From assembly GCA_048884965.1 (NCBI GenBank), contig JBHLQH010000006.1, positions 1 through 64,000 on the forward strand: a stretch of DNA of 64,000 nt. Reading direction: 5' to 3'. Both the position numbers and the translations under genes were made by a program. The DNA comes from Candidatus Thorarchaeota archaeon (GTDB lineage: Archaea > Asgardarchaeota > Thorarchaeia > Thorarchaeales > Thorarchaeaceae). Numbering within the stretch: the first letter of the stretch is position 1; the number at the start of each line of letters is the position of its first letter. A model generated the notes under the pieces. The model did no database searches and was not told the origin of the DNA. It saw nothing but the letters and a program-made list of their open reading frames with translations. Of the stretch, positions 1-8,730 are shown piece by piece.

Positions 1-19
1 GCTTTATGAAAAATATGGG

Positions 20-28
20 TTATTAAAA
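20..28 (+). promoter_or_regulatory. Candidate archaeal TATA box for the 97-16100 operon
   Basis: TTATTAAAA preceded by an A-rich stretch (GAAAAATATGGG), about 70 nt upstream of ATG 97. Confidence 0.4.
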
Positions 29-68
29 GGGACTACTATTCCGCGCCATAATTTGAACTTCTAGTTTG

Positions 69-83
69 TACCTAGACTAGGTA
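69..83. promoter_or_regulatory. Perfect 7-1-7 inverted repeat, candidate operator
   Basis: TACCTAG-A-CTAGGTA between the putative TATA box and the first start codon of the operon. Confidence 0.5.
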
Positions 84-96
84 GGGTGCTAAGACG

Positions 97-810
97 ATGT
101 CAAAGAATTTCGAGGCAGGACTGTCACGTCAATTCGAAACCGCCGAAGATAAACACACTATTGACGTGACCATCTACCTTCAGATGATGTTTGAGAGCAC
201 AGATCGCCACATCGCGAAAGCGATTTTGAATGACGGTAGATCATTAGTGCTTCAAGTAGGAATGCGAAGTGAGATCCTCTCACCATTTCCAAGATACGTA
301 GAGGATTTCATTGGGAATTTCAACCAGTGCGATATCATAGGACTTGTTCCAATAGTCGCCTTGATGGCTGAGCAAAAGGAGAAGATGATCACAGCATCTG
401 CGATAGAGCGGGATGAAGCGACTCGTATCATCTTGATTTTCGAAGCTGACAGTACTGAACTCTTGGCTAGAAAGGTTTGGCGTTTCATGGACAGATGGGA
501 GAAATGGATCAAGGTTCTGACCGGAGTGCTAGAGAAGGATTTCCAAATTGACATTGACTGGAGAGAGTTCCTCGCTGGAGAATCAGGATACATCACAATG
601 GATTGGTACAAGCCATTGGACTATGATACACGGATGGTTGCATTACATCGTGTAAGACTCGCTTCCAAGGCATTGCTCCAGTCTGTCCTTACCAAATCTC
701 AGCTCGAGAACTATATGGTAAGTGAACTAGCGAACTGGCTAGATGCATTGCAGCCTCAACTTGAGGTCATGAGTGCATATCAATCACTTGTTCCGGAGGA
801 GATTACATGA
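97..810 (+). CDS. Hypothetical protein (operon gene 1)
   Basis: 237-aa ORF; stop overlaps next start (ATGA); no recognised motif. Confidence 0.8.
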   Translation: MSKNFEAGLSRQFETAEDKHTIDVTIYLQMMFESTDRHIAKAILNDGRSLVLQVGMRSEILSPFPRYVEDFIGNFNQCDIIGLVPIVALMAEQKEKMITASAIERDEATRIILIFEADSTELLARKVWRFMDRWEKWIKVLTGVLEKDFQIDIDWREFLAGESGYITMDWYKPLDYDTRMVALHRVRLASKALLQSVLTKSQLENYMVSELANWLDALQPQLEVMSAYQSLVPEEIT

Positions 811-1268
811 ATCTGGTCCTCGATATGAACTCACGGTTTCTTCTACCCAATGAGCACATGTTAGATTACACATGGCTGGGAGGCGCTGTCGCTGGCCTCA
901 GAGTCGTGCGTCTACGAGATGCTGATTGGAAATGGGCTCCTTTCATCGTTGATATTATGGACACTCTTGAGATGGTGGATGATATCAAAGAGATACCCCC
1001 TGGAGAAGAGCCTGAAGTTGGATCAGTTCTTGACTCACTTGGCGGTTACGTGAGTATTGCTGGTGTCGTTCGTCCTGAGGGACTCTACTTTCCAGTCCCA
1101 CGAGAGGCGGCAACCAAGGTCATCGATCAAATCCCAGGGATTCCATATACGTATCATGCAGATGGCTGGATGCTGATCCCTCGAGAGGCGCTGGAGTCGT
1201 TCTCGTGCTTAGTACCATTGAGAGGACCATTAGAAACCTATCTACAGGAGGATTCGAATCATGACTGA
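807..1268 (+). CDS. Hypothetical protein (operon gene 2)
   Basis: 153-aa ORF with GGAGGAG SD upstream; overlaps both neighbours. Confidence 0.8.
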   Translation: MNLVLDMNSRFLLPNEHMLDYTWLGGAVAGLRVVRLRDADWKWAPFIVDIMDTLEMVDDIKEIPPGEEPEVGSVLDSLGGYVSIAGVVRPEGLYFPVPREAATKVIDQIPGIPYTYHADGWMLIPREALESFSCLVPLRGPLETYLQEDSNHD

Positions 1269-2325
1269 ATTAGAAGCTGTTAGTGGCGTTGGACCTGCAG
1301 CAGCCAAGAAATTGAGAGAAGTATATGTCACCACTGCTGAGCTCCTTGCAGTTCAAAATCCTGTGGAGCTTCAAGATAAGACCAAACTTGGAGAAGGCAC
1401 CGTGATCAAGTTGGTCAAGAACGCACGAATCCTTGTCGGCAAGTTTGGTTTCAAATCTGGTCTTGACGTGGAAAAGGAAATGGAGACCAAGCCTCGATTG
1501 AAATCTGGTCTACCAAAATTAGATGAGGCGTTACTTGGAGGACTTGAGGAAGGATCCATCCTAGAATTCTATGGACCCGCGCGTGGAGGCAAGACCCAAT
1601 GGTGTTCCTACTTTGCAGTACGATCACAGCTACCAATCGAAGAAGGTGGGCTTGGTGGAAGAGTACTATGGTTGGACAGCGAGTCTTCCTTCAAACCTTG
1701 GGTGATTAGAGCCAATGCGCTCAGATGGGGAATGGACCCTGATGTGACTCTTGGGAATATTGGACATGCTGAGGTCATTCTCTCTGGTCAGATTACTGAG
1801 ATCTTTGAAACTATTCCTCAATTATGTGCCGAGCAGAACTACAAGTTCGTTGTACTCGATTCTTTCACAGGGTTGTTTAGAGCTGAGTACACCGGTCTAG
1901 ATCAACTCAAGCTAAGACAGCAAGATATGAACAGCATCCTCAATCAAATGCGTAGGACTGCAGCAGCAACAGGGGCAGTATTTGCGTATACTAACCAAGT
2001 CATGGCCAACATTAGTTCCTACGGCGGGAATCCAAACGCGCCAGTGGGAGGACATGTTCTCTCACATGCTAGTGACTATAGGTTCTATGTCCGGAGAATC
2101 AAGGATGATGAGCGAAGGATAACGCTTCAAGATAACGCTGGTGTTCCAGAATTCGATATTAGTACAAAGATAGGCTGGGGTGGATTCTACGAGGATTCGA
2201 AAGCAAAGAAGGACTCCGAGTCAATCATTCTCGATAAGCTAGGCAAGACAGGGGACTCAGGCTTTGATGAAGCAAAGACCGAGATCGATGAGGAAGTAAC
2301 AGAAGCGGAGGTAGAAGCCGTTTGA
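1261..2325 (+). CDS. radA: RadA/Rad51-family recombinase (divergent paralog)
   Basis: N-terminal HhH (VSGVGPAAAKKL), LDEALLGG, Walker A GPARGGKT, Walker B VVLDS, FRAEY..RQQ, TNQV, PVGGHVLSH; acidic C-terminal tail. Confidence 0.9.
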   Translation: MTELEAVSGVGPAAAKKLREVYVTTAELLAVQNPVELQDKTKLGEGTVIKLVKNARILVGKFGFKSGLDVEKEMETKPRLKSGLPKLDEALLGGLEEGSILEFYGPARGGKTQWCSYFAVRSQLPIEEGGLGGRVLWLDSESSFKPWVIRANALRWGMDPDVTLGNIGHAEVILSGQITEIFETIPQLCAEQNYKFVVLDSFTGLFRAEYTGLDQLKLRQQDMNSILNQMRRTAAATGAVFAYTNQVMANISSYGGNPNAPVGGHVLSHASDYRFYVRRIKDDERRITLQDNAGVPEFDISTKIGWGGFYEDSKAKKDSESIILDKLGKTGDSGFDEAKTEIDEEVTEAEVEAV

Positions 2326-2765
2326 AGACCAGAGGCATGTTCAGAATATATCAATGTCGAAGGTGCAGGAACATCGGATTTGCCGCGGTTGAAACTGAGG
2401 AAGACGAAGCTCGTTGTAGTCTTTGTAATGGCATGATACTTCACGAGCAAGGCACTCTCTATGCCGCAACAATCGATGAAGCACGAGAGATAATGACCGA
2501 CCTGGTAGTAAGCACAAGATTAGAAGCAAAGAAGGTCGGTTCCTCGCGAGGGATAGGTCTAAAGAAACGGGTCCTAAATATCGTCGAGGCGATCATAGAA
2601 ATCAATCGTGGCAGACCTGCTTCAATTGAACAGGTCTTCCGAGAGTGCAGCGAGGCAGGAATCGATCTTGGCAGAGCCTCTCATTTTGTCAATCAACTCA
2701 AGAGTGAGGGCTTGATCGCAGAAATCGCTGGTGGACTTGTTATAAATGATGGAGGAATGCTCTGA
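2322..2765 (+). CDS. Zn-ribbon + C-terminal winged-helix protein (DUF1922/DUF5817-like)
   Basis: CRRC...CSLC, then wHTH-like IEQVFRECSEAGIDLGRASHFVNQLKSEGLI; alternative start ATG 2337. Confidence 0.65.
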   Translation: MKTRGMFRIYQCRRCRNIGFAAVETEEDEARCSLCNGMILHEQGTLYAATIDEAREIMTDLVVSTRLEAKKVGSSRGIGLKKRVLNIVEAIIEINRGRPASIEQVFRECSEAGIDLGRASHFVNQLKSEGLIAEIAGGLVINDGGML

Positions 2766-3383
2766 GTGTCATCCAGCTCTCGCTATATTCAGATTCCCCA
2801 TGACACTCCTAATAGAAGCTCAATTGCCCTTGTGAATCTCATCATGAGACATACGACCACACGACTGACGGTTATTCAGATGGCTGATCACGAGCCTGAT
2901 CCGGAGCTCTTCGTTGTGACATCCGTGTTCTGGCGTGATACTGATCGACCTCTACTTGCACAACTACCAAAGATTCTCTCTTACCTTGAGACTATGAGAG
3001 GGACTCGAGGAGTACCAAGCAAAGTCTATCTTGATAGTGATGAGGGTCTCCAACTATACATTCCAACTTCAACAAGAGCATCAGAGATTCCTGCTGCGTC
3101 AAAGGACGCTGTAAAATTCCTGCGAACTCTGATCGATTCGACTTGTGAATTTGTCCATACTACTGCAAAAGAGGTAGAAGAGACCTTCTGGTCCATCGCC
3201 ATGAAACGAGGATATAGTCCAGAGATAGTTGATCGGATAGCTACTGCTGCAAAAGGGTACACTTCCTCGTCCAATGTGCAGAGCTTCAACGACCTCTTGC
3301 AACGTTACTTCTCTATTAGATTTAGGATTCATACTGCTGAGTCGACTTTACATTTGGAGGATATGAATTGGCAGAGAGCATAG
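2766..3383 (+). CDS. Hypothetical protein (operon gene 5)
   Basis: 205-aa ORF, GTG start with GGAGGA SD, abuts upstream stop. Confidence 0.75.
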   Translation: MSSSSRYIQIPHDTPNRSSIALVNLIMRHTTTRLTVIQMADHEPDPELFVVTSVFWRDTDRPLLAQLPKILSYLETMRGTRGVPSKVYLDSDEGLQLYIPTSTRASEIPAASKDAVKFLRTLIDSTCEFVHTTAKEVEETFWSIAMKRGYSPEIVDRIATAAKGYTSSSNVQSFNDLLQRYFSIRFRIHTAESTLHLEDMNWQRA

Positions 3384-5332
3384 TAGACCCGTTGTCATGG
3401 TTCCCATATGAGCCTCGTCCCCAACAGGACAAGGCAGTGGTCCTAGCAGCTAGGACCTTCAATGAGAGAACCGTGGGTCTACTATCTGCTGATTGTGGAG
3501 TCGGGAAGACTATTGCCTCACTCTCTGGGTATCTTGCGGTAAGAGGGTCTGATCCCGACTCTCGGCTCTTTGTCCTGACTCGCACACATTCACAATCCAA
3601 AGTTTTCGAAGAAGAGCTAGAGGTCTTAAAATCGAGCGTTCCTCAGAGTGATATTCCTTTGACTGCTACAAGTATGGTGTCTCGAATCCATGTGTGTCCA
3701 ATCCGCCATCGGATGGATACTGATTCATCAATGGGATTCATGCGTGGGTGTGCCATGCTAATACGATCGGGTCGATGTGCCTACTACTGGAATTTCTACA
3801 AGCGTCAGGGTGATGAAGGAACTCCGATAATCAGGGAAAGCGCACGAGCCATCGTGACAGATCTCCTAGATGGCGGAGTTGTAAATCGAGAAAAAGTAGA
3901 ATCTCTTGGGGAGGATGGTGGTATCTGTCCCTATGAAGCTCTGAGATGGTGTGCCAGGAAGAGTCGAGTGGTTATTGGTCCCTACTCCTATCTCTTCAAA
4001 GAACGTATCCGAACAGCTCTTCTTTCGAGTCTCGGACAGCATTTGGCAGATGCTGATCTTCTCATCGATGAAGCACATAATCTTCCTGAGCATGTCTTGT
4101 CATCTGAAGGAGCAATCCTTGCAGGTGAGGATTTGCAATGGCTACGGGATAACAAATCCACTGTTCGGAAGGAAACTGGAGTAAGCTGGGTTGGAGAGGC
4201 TATCGACTTCCTTTGGGAGACTCTGATGGTCGCATTGGACAAGCTGAGTATAAAGAAGAATGAAGTTGTCTTGAACAAATGGCAAGTACTTCCTAGGTTT
4301 GTAGATCCTGCTCTCATTCATATACTCATGGAGAAGACCCTCATTCCCACTGGGGATGATAGCATCCCAACTGAGACTCCCTTGGACCGATTGATAGAAT
4401 TCCTGTATGCAGGACTTCGTTCTCGAGAGAGCGATGATTGGCATATAACAGCGGAGCTTGCACCGCGATGGACGACAGAAGTTCGTATCTCTGATGGTTC
4501 ACTCAGAATTCGTCCATTGAATGCTGCGGGTTTGGTGGCTCCAGTTCTCCGTGGTGCACGCGCGGCTCTTCTTATGTCTGGCACGTTCCGACCAACACAA
4601 CTCTACGCAGGTTTAATGGGTGTCAAAGGTGCTCTTTCAGAGGACCTTGGTAGCCCGTATCCGAAGGCTTCCCGCCTTGTTCTTCTTGATCGCGAGATCT
4701 CAACAAAATACACCAATCGGACTCCAACTCTTTGGCGTGCAATTGCTGAACGTATTGAAACTGCATTAGTGGCTACTCCTGCAGAGAAGACTGCGCTAAT
4801 AGCATTCTCCAGCTATGAGGTCATGGAACAGGTACTTAGTTACAATATCGATTGTGGTTTTCGAGAGCGTTTGGTTGAAGATAGAGATGCACGGATAGAG
4901 GACCTCAAGGAACAAGTTGATGAAGGACCAAAAGCTGTTTTCCTCGTATATGGGGGGAAGTTCAGCGAGGGTGTTGACTTGGTCGCTGCTGGTAGATCAC
5001 AAGTGGATCTCATAATTGGAGTTGGGATTCCCTTTAGCCCTCCCACAAGTTATCAGAAATCTCTACAAGAATGGTACGAAAGGAGATTCGGGGAAGGTGC
5101 AGGTTATTATTACTCATCCGTGATTCCTTCGGTGCGTAAAGTAGTCCAGCTAGTAGGACGATTACGAAGGTCTCCTGAGGATCGGGGTGTTGTTATTTTA
5201 CTTGATTTACGATTCGAGAAATTCGTCTCAATGTTCGGGGACGATATTGTGTCAGACCTCTGGCCTTACAGAGGTATAGATGAAATGAGGGAGGCGATTT
5301 CAAGCTTCCTAGAAATGCGGGGTGGTAGATGA
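3368..5332 (+). CDS. XPD/Rad3/DinG-family Fe-S SF2 DNA helicase
   Basis: Q motif YEPRPQQ, Walker A ADCGVGKT, RTHSQ, four Fe-S cysteines (VCPI, RGC, GRCAYY, GICPY), DEAH, MSGT, SEGVD, QLVGRLRRSPEDRG. Confidence 0.92.
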   Translation: MAESIVDPLSWFPYEPRPQQDKAVVLAARTFNERTVGLLSADCGVGKTIASLSGYLAVRGSDPDSRLFVLTRTHSQSKVFEEELEVLKSSVPQSDIPLTATSMVSRIHVCPIRHRMDTDSSMGFMRGCAMLIRSGRCAYYWNFYKRQGDEGTPIIRESARAIVTDLLDGGVVNREKVESLGEDGGICPYEALRWCARKSRVVIGPYSYLFKERIRTALLSSLGQHLADADLLIDEAHNLPEHVLSSEGAILAGEDLQWLRDNKSTVRKETGVSWVGEAIDFLWETLMVALDKLSIKKNEVVLNKWQVLPRFVDPALIHILMEKTLIPTGDDSIPTETPLDRLIEFLYAGLRSRESDDWHITAELAPRWTTEVRISDGSLRIRPLNAAGLVAPVLRGARAALLMSGTFRPTQLYAGLMGVKGALSEDLGSPYPKASRLVLLDREISTKYTNRTPTLWRAIAERIETALVATPAEKTALIAFSSYEVMEQVLSYNIDCGFRERLVEDRDARIEDLKEQVDEGPKAVFLVYGGKFSEGVDLVAAGRSQVDLIIGVGIPFSPPTSYQKSLQEWYERRFGEGAGYYYSSVIPSVRKVVQLVGRLRRSPEDRGVVILLDLRFEKFVSMFGDDIVSDLWPYRGIDEMREAISSFLEMRGGR

Positions 5333-5333
5333 A

Positions 5334-5531
5334 ATGGATTTGAAACATGGAGCGATAATCATAGCTGCAGGGCTAACATGGTCCTTGTATCTACTTGGTC
5401 AAATAGCAATATCATCAGCTGTAGGACTTAGCACGATACTTTGGATGGTGTTTGCCGTTAGCTGCACGTTGGGAAGTAAGAATGAGAATGAACAGAGTAT
5501 CAATGCTATCGCAGAGAGGGATATTTTGTGA
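5334..5531 (+). CDS. Small 2-TM membrane protein (pilin-sized)
   Basis: ~65 aa with two hydrophobic segments; ATG 5334 follows GGTGG SD, 1 nt after helicase stop; overlaps next start. Confidence 0.65.
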   Translation: MDLKHGAIIIAAGLTWSLYLLGQIAISSAVGLSTILWMVFAVSCTLGSKNENEQSINAIAERDIL

Positions 5532-6130
5532 AAGTGTCAGAGTCTCTCAATCTACAATGGATGCTGCCATCTTCGTTCGCTGCGGCATGGGGCATTAGTT
5601 TCGCCCTTCAGCAGTCCATCGAGGGGCTTGTACTATCAATCGCAGGAATGGCATCTCTACTAGTTGCCATCTATGCATATACTAGAGTTGACTCAGGCAT
5701 CAAATTGTATTGGGATGATTCTCGACACGTTCTATCAATTATCAGAAGGTGGAAGGTTGAGGTCACTGCACTCAGGCTCTTTCAGAGTGTACCCTTAGGA
5801 ATAGATCTGAGTCACTCAGCCAATAAAGTGCTCTCGTCTATGAGGTCGCGATATCAGGGAGAACCAGATGGGACTCTTCAGTGGGTGGTATGCCGTCCTT
5901 TAGGATCATCAAAGACCAGAGTTGGCTTTATGGTATCACGTCAAGGGACAAGACTGCCTACTGGTATTCGCAGGATGGAATTACTTTCTGATATGGTGCT
6001 AGAGGATGCCTTCGTCTTGGAGAGTGCGATGCGAGCCGCATATCCTCACACACCAATCGTCGATGCTTCTGTTGAGGATATTGAATTGATAAGAAGGGGA
6101 GGTATAGAACCTATTGAAACCGTTTCATAA
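5528..6130 (+). CDS. Membrane protein, two N-terminal TM helices + soluble domain
   Basis: 200 aa; hydrophobic FAAAWGISFAL and LVLSIAGMASLLVAIYAY segments. Confidence 0.75.
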   Translation: MKVSESLNLQWMLPSSFAAAWGISFALQQSIEGLVLSIAGMASLLVAIYAYTRVDSGIKLYWDDSRHVLSIIRRWKVEVTALRLFQSVPLGIDLSHSANKVLSSMRSRYQGEPDGTLQWVVCRPLGSSKTRVGFMVSRQGTRLPTGIRRMELLSDMVLEDAFVLESAMRAAYPHTPIVDASVEDIELIRRGGIEPIETVS

Positions 6131-6392
6131 TACAAGTAGGATTCAGATCCCTCCTACGCTATCAGTCGAATACCTGACTAGTAGCCTTGAGATAGGGCAT
6201 GGCTACAGCTGGACTAGGCTACTCTCTTCTCCTAAACTGATCATTCATGGAAAGCCCCCTTTGGGGGATCTTCCTGAAGTTCTAATCTATGGCAAGAATA
6301 TATTGCTGGAAAATGGTGACGAATACCTTCTACGTTTCCGAAGAATGCTTCAGGCTTTGGCGCAACAAAGTCAGATAGTGGGGGGAAGATAA
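6114..6392 (+). CDS. Hypothetical protein
   Basis: 92 aa; TTG start with GGGAGGT SD; fills the gap between coupled genes. Confidence 0.6.
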   Translation: MKPFHNTSRIQIPPTLSVEYLTSSLEIGHGYSWTRLLSSPKLIIHGKPPLGDLPEVLIYGKNILLENGDEYLLRFRRMLQALAQQSQIVGGR

Positions 6393-6393
6393 G

Positions 6394-8730
6394 ATGGCAA
6401 AAGGTCGAGGGTATGTACTTGGTTCAGAACCTCCTCAGGATCCAATGGCTGAAATGAACAGAACTACCTATTCAGTAACGAGCACTACAGAAATCAAGTG
6501 GAATGATAGGGAAGTCCGAGAATCGTGGACTCAGGCAATTGCGATTGCAATTACATCTTTCATTCTTGTCTTCTTTGCCCCTCAACTTATGATAGCTGTT
6601 TCGCTTCTTGTAGGTATTGGATTCTATGTGTTCTCCAGCCTAATGAAACGCCAGGAAGTGCTTGACCCCCAGAGTGGATGGACTGAGCGACCTCAACCTG
6701 ATTTTGATCTCGTAGAAGAGGAGAAGTTCCTCAGATACCCAAGAGATGAGAAGTACTCTTTGACCGGAATTGAGCTAATGGCTGCCGCTCCGAAACTACC
6801 TGGAAATTTGGCGGCATTGATAAGGGCATTGCCCACCTCGGATGGTTTCTCTCTCTCAGTCACGCTTCGCCTTGGTGATGAGGGCAAAATCATTGAGGAT
6901 AGGAATGTTTCAAGTTCTATTGAAGCGTATCTACGAACTAGATCAAAAGGCGAACTTGAAACCTATATGGATTTCAGATCTGGTCTTTGGATTGCCAAGG
7001 TCAACTACTTTGGATTGGTCCGGGACGAAACAGGTGTTCGATTCCATGAGTCTTCTGTGAAAGGTTCAATTCCCTCTAAGGGTTGGAAGCGAATCAAGCC
7101 TTCAGACATGATGACGCGTTTGAAGGAATATCATGGTGGACAATCCCGCCCAGCATACTATGCGGTTGGACAAGAGCTATCAGAGTGGCTCGTACAGCTA
7201 AGATCTGAACTTGCCAATGAAGTTGGTACGAACGTTCCTGGACAGTTTGTTGTGGATATCAGAAGTCGTCCTGCAGATTTAGTACTCGGCAACATCCTAA
7301 ATCCCGACACTCTTCAGGTAGGGCCAACAACCGGTCTCTCCTTTGAGGATATTTCGAATGGAGTGCTAATGTGTGGAGGAACTCGTCATGGGCGAAGAGA
7401 TCTACTTGCGTTACTCGCGAAATCCATTGTCGATGCTGGTAAACGTGTGATGGTACTCAGTTCTGATCCCGAAGCTCTTGCACTAGTAAACCTTCATGAT
7501 AGCGGAATTGGGTTAACATTAGGTAAGGACTTCATTCTGAATCCAATTGATGCAGAGGACGTTCACAGAACAGTCTATGTTCCCAAGCTCCTGAGAGCGC
7601 TAGAAACACTGGCCGATAAGTCATTGACTTCAGCGGCAGATTTGGAAGTAGCACTCGGGCGAGCAGTAGCGCTCCCACACTCTACAGTTGCAGATGTAAA
7701 ATTCGAACCTGATGCAGATGTGATGACAGATGATGAGATTGTAAAGGCAAACATGCATCCTGTAAAACTGTCACTTTGGGGTTTGGAGGGTCTCCGGAAG
7801 CTGTATGAAGGATCTGGCGCAAGAGCATTCTATGGTACACAGACCACCTCGATGTCATCCATCGCTTCATTGCCACTTAGTGTGCTCATCACGAATCTTC
7901 GTGATATCCCTCTAGACATCTTCGCATTCGATCTATTAATGATGAAGCTATCAGGCATGAAACACGATAAGGATCTTGTTATCATCATTGATGATCCCGA
8001 CAGTCTACGTGTTGCCAATAGCAGTTACTCTCGAAGATCACTTTGGACAGACTCCCTCATCAAGGAGTTATCAGAGGTCGCATCTGTTATAGTGAGTATA
8101 GATCAACCACATATGCTCTCATCAGGTGTCAAGAACGAGCTGAGTTCTTGTGTCTCGCTTAGGCTAAGAGACGAGAAGGATATTGCCTCTGTTAGCACGA
8201 GACTTGCATTGAGTGTAATTGGATCAGGTCTTCATAGTAAGGCAAGATGGTCTGCTCGAGAATCCTCATTCCTTCGAACAATGGATGACGGAATAGCATT
8301 ACTTGTTCATAATGAGGTAGAAACAGCTCAACCTATCAAGTTGCACGCTACTCCCGAGTTGCGAAGTCCATCGAATGATGTCCTGCAGGAACGAATCGCA
8401 AGAAGTCTCAAACCTGAAAGCACTTCCAAAACACTTCCAACAGCAAATCTTCTATCTCTCAGCTCAACACGAGATGGTGACCTTCCACTGAAGATACTGA
8501 AACTAATCGAGCGATATGAACCTCTGACTGAAGAGGCAATAAGAAGATTCATTCAAGCTTCTGGTAGTGATGGAGATGTTGAGGGCATAATAATTCGTCT
8601 GAAAGAATCAAGCTTGATTCTGGAGGGTCATGAGTCTCATAGCGGTGTATCATACAAGAATTATCGGTTGACGATGAAGGGAAATGTTGCATTACGAAAG
8701 GCGACAAAAGAGGTGACAGTACCAGAATGA
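6394..8730 (+). CDS. Membrane-anchored VirB4/HerA/FtsK-like P-loop protein with degenerate Walker motifs and C-terminal wHTH
   Basis: Two N-terminal TMs; VLMCGGTRHGRR at Walker A position; KRVMVLSSDPE; FILNPID; LVIIIDDP at Walker B; IDQPHMLSSGVKNELSSCVSLRL; terminal wHTH ending YRLTMKG. Confidence 0.65.
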   Translation: MAKGRGYVLGSEPPQDPMAEMNRTTYSVTSTTEIKWNDREVRESWTQAIAIAITSFILVFFAPQLMIAVSLLVGIGFYVFSSLMKRQEVLDPQSGWTERPQPDFDLVEEEKFLRYPRDEKYSLTGIELMAAAPKLPGNLAALIRALPTSDGFSLSVTLRLGDEGKIIEDRNVSSSIEAYLRTRSKGELETYMDFRSGLWIAKVNYFGLVRDETGVRFHESSVKGSIPSKGWKRIKPSDMMTRLKEYHGGQSRPAYYAVGQELSEWLVQLRSELANEVGTNVPGQFVVDIRSRPADLVLGNILNPDTLQVGPTTGLSFEDISNGVLMCGGTRHGRRDLLALLAKSIVDAGKRVMVLSSDPEALALVNLHDSGIGLTLGKDFILNPIDAEDVHRTVYVPKLLRALETLADKSLTSAADLEVALGRAVALPHSTVADVKFEPDADVMTDDEIVKANMHPVKLSLWGLEGLRKLYEGSGARAFYGTQTTSMSSIASLPLSVLITNLRDIPLDIFAFDLLMMKLSGMKHDKDLVIIIDDPDSLRVANSSYSRRSLWTDSLIKELSEVASVIVSIDQPHMLSSGVKNELSSCVSLRLRDEKDIASVSTRLALSVIGSGLHSKARWSARESSFLRTMDDGIALLVHNEVETAQPIKLHATPELRSPSNDVLQERIARSLKPESTSKTLPTANLLSLSSTRDGDLPLKILKLIERYEPLTEEAIRRFIQASGSDGDVEGIIIRLKESSLILEGHESHSGVSYKNYRLTMKGNVALRKATKEVTVPE

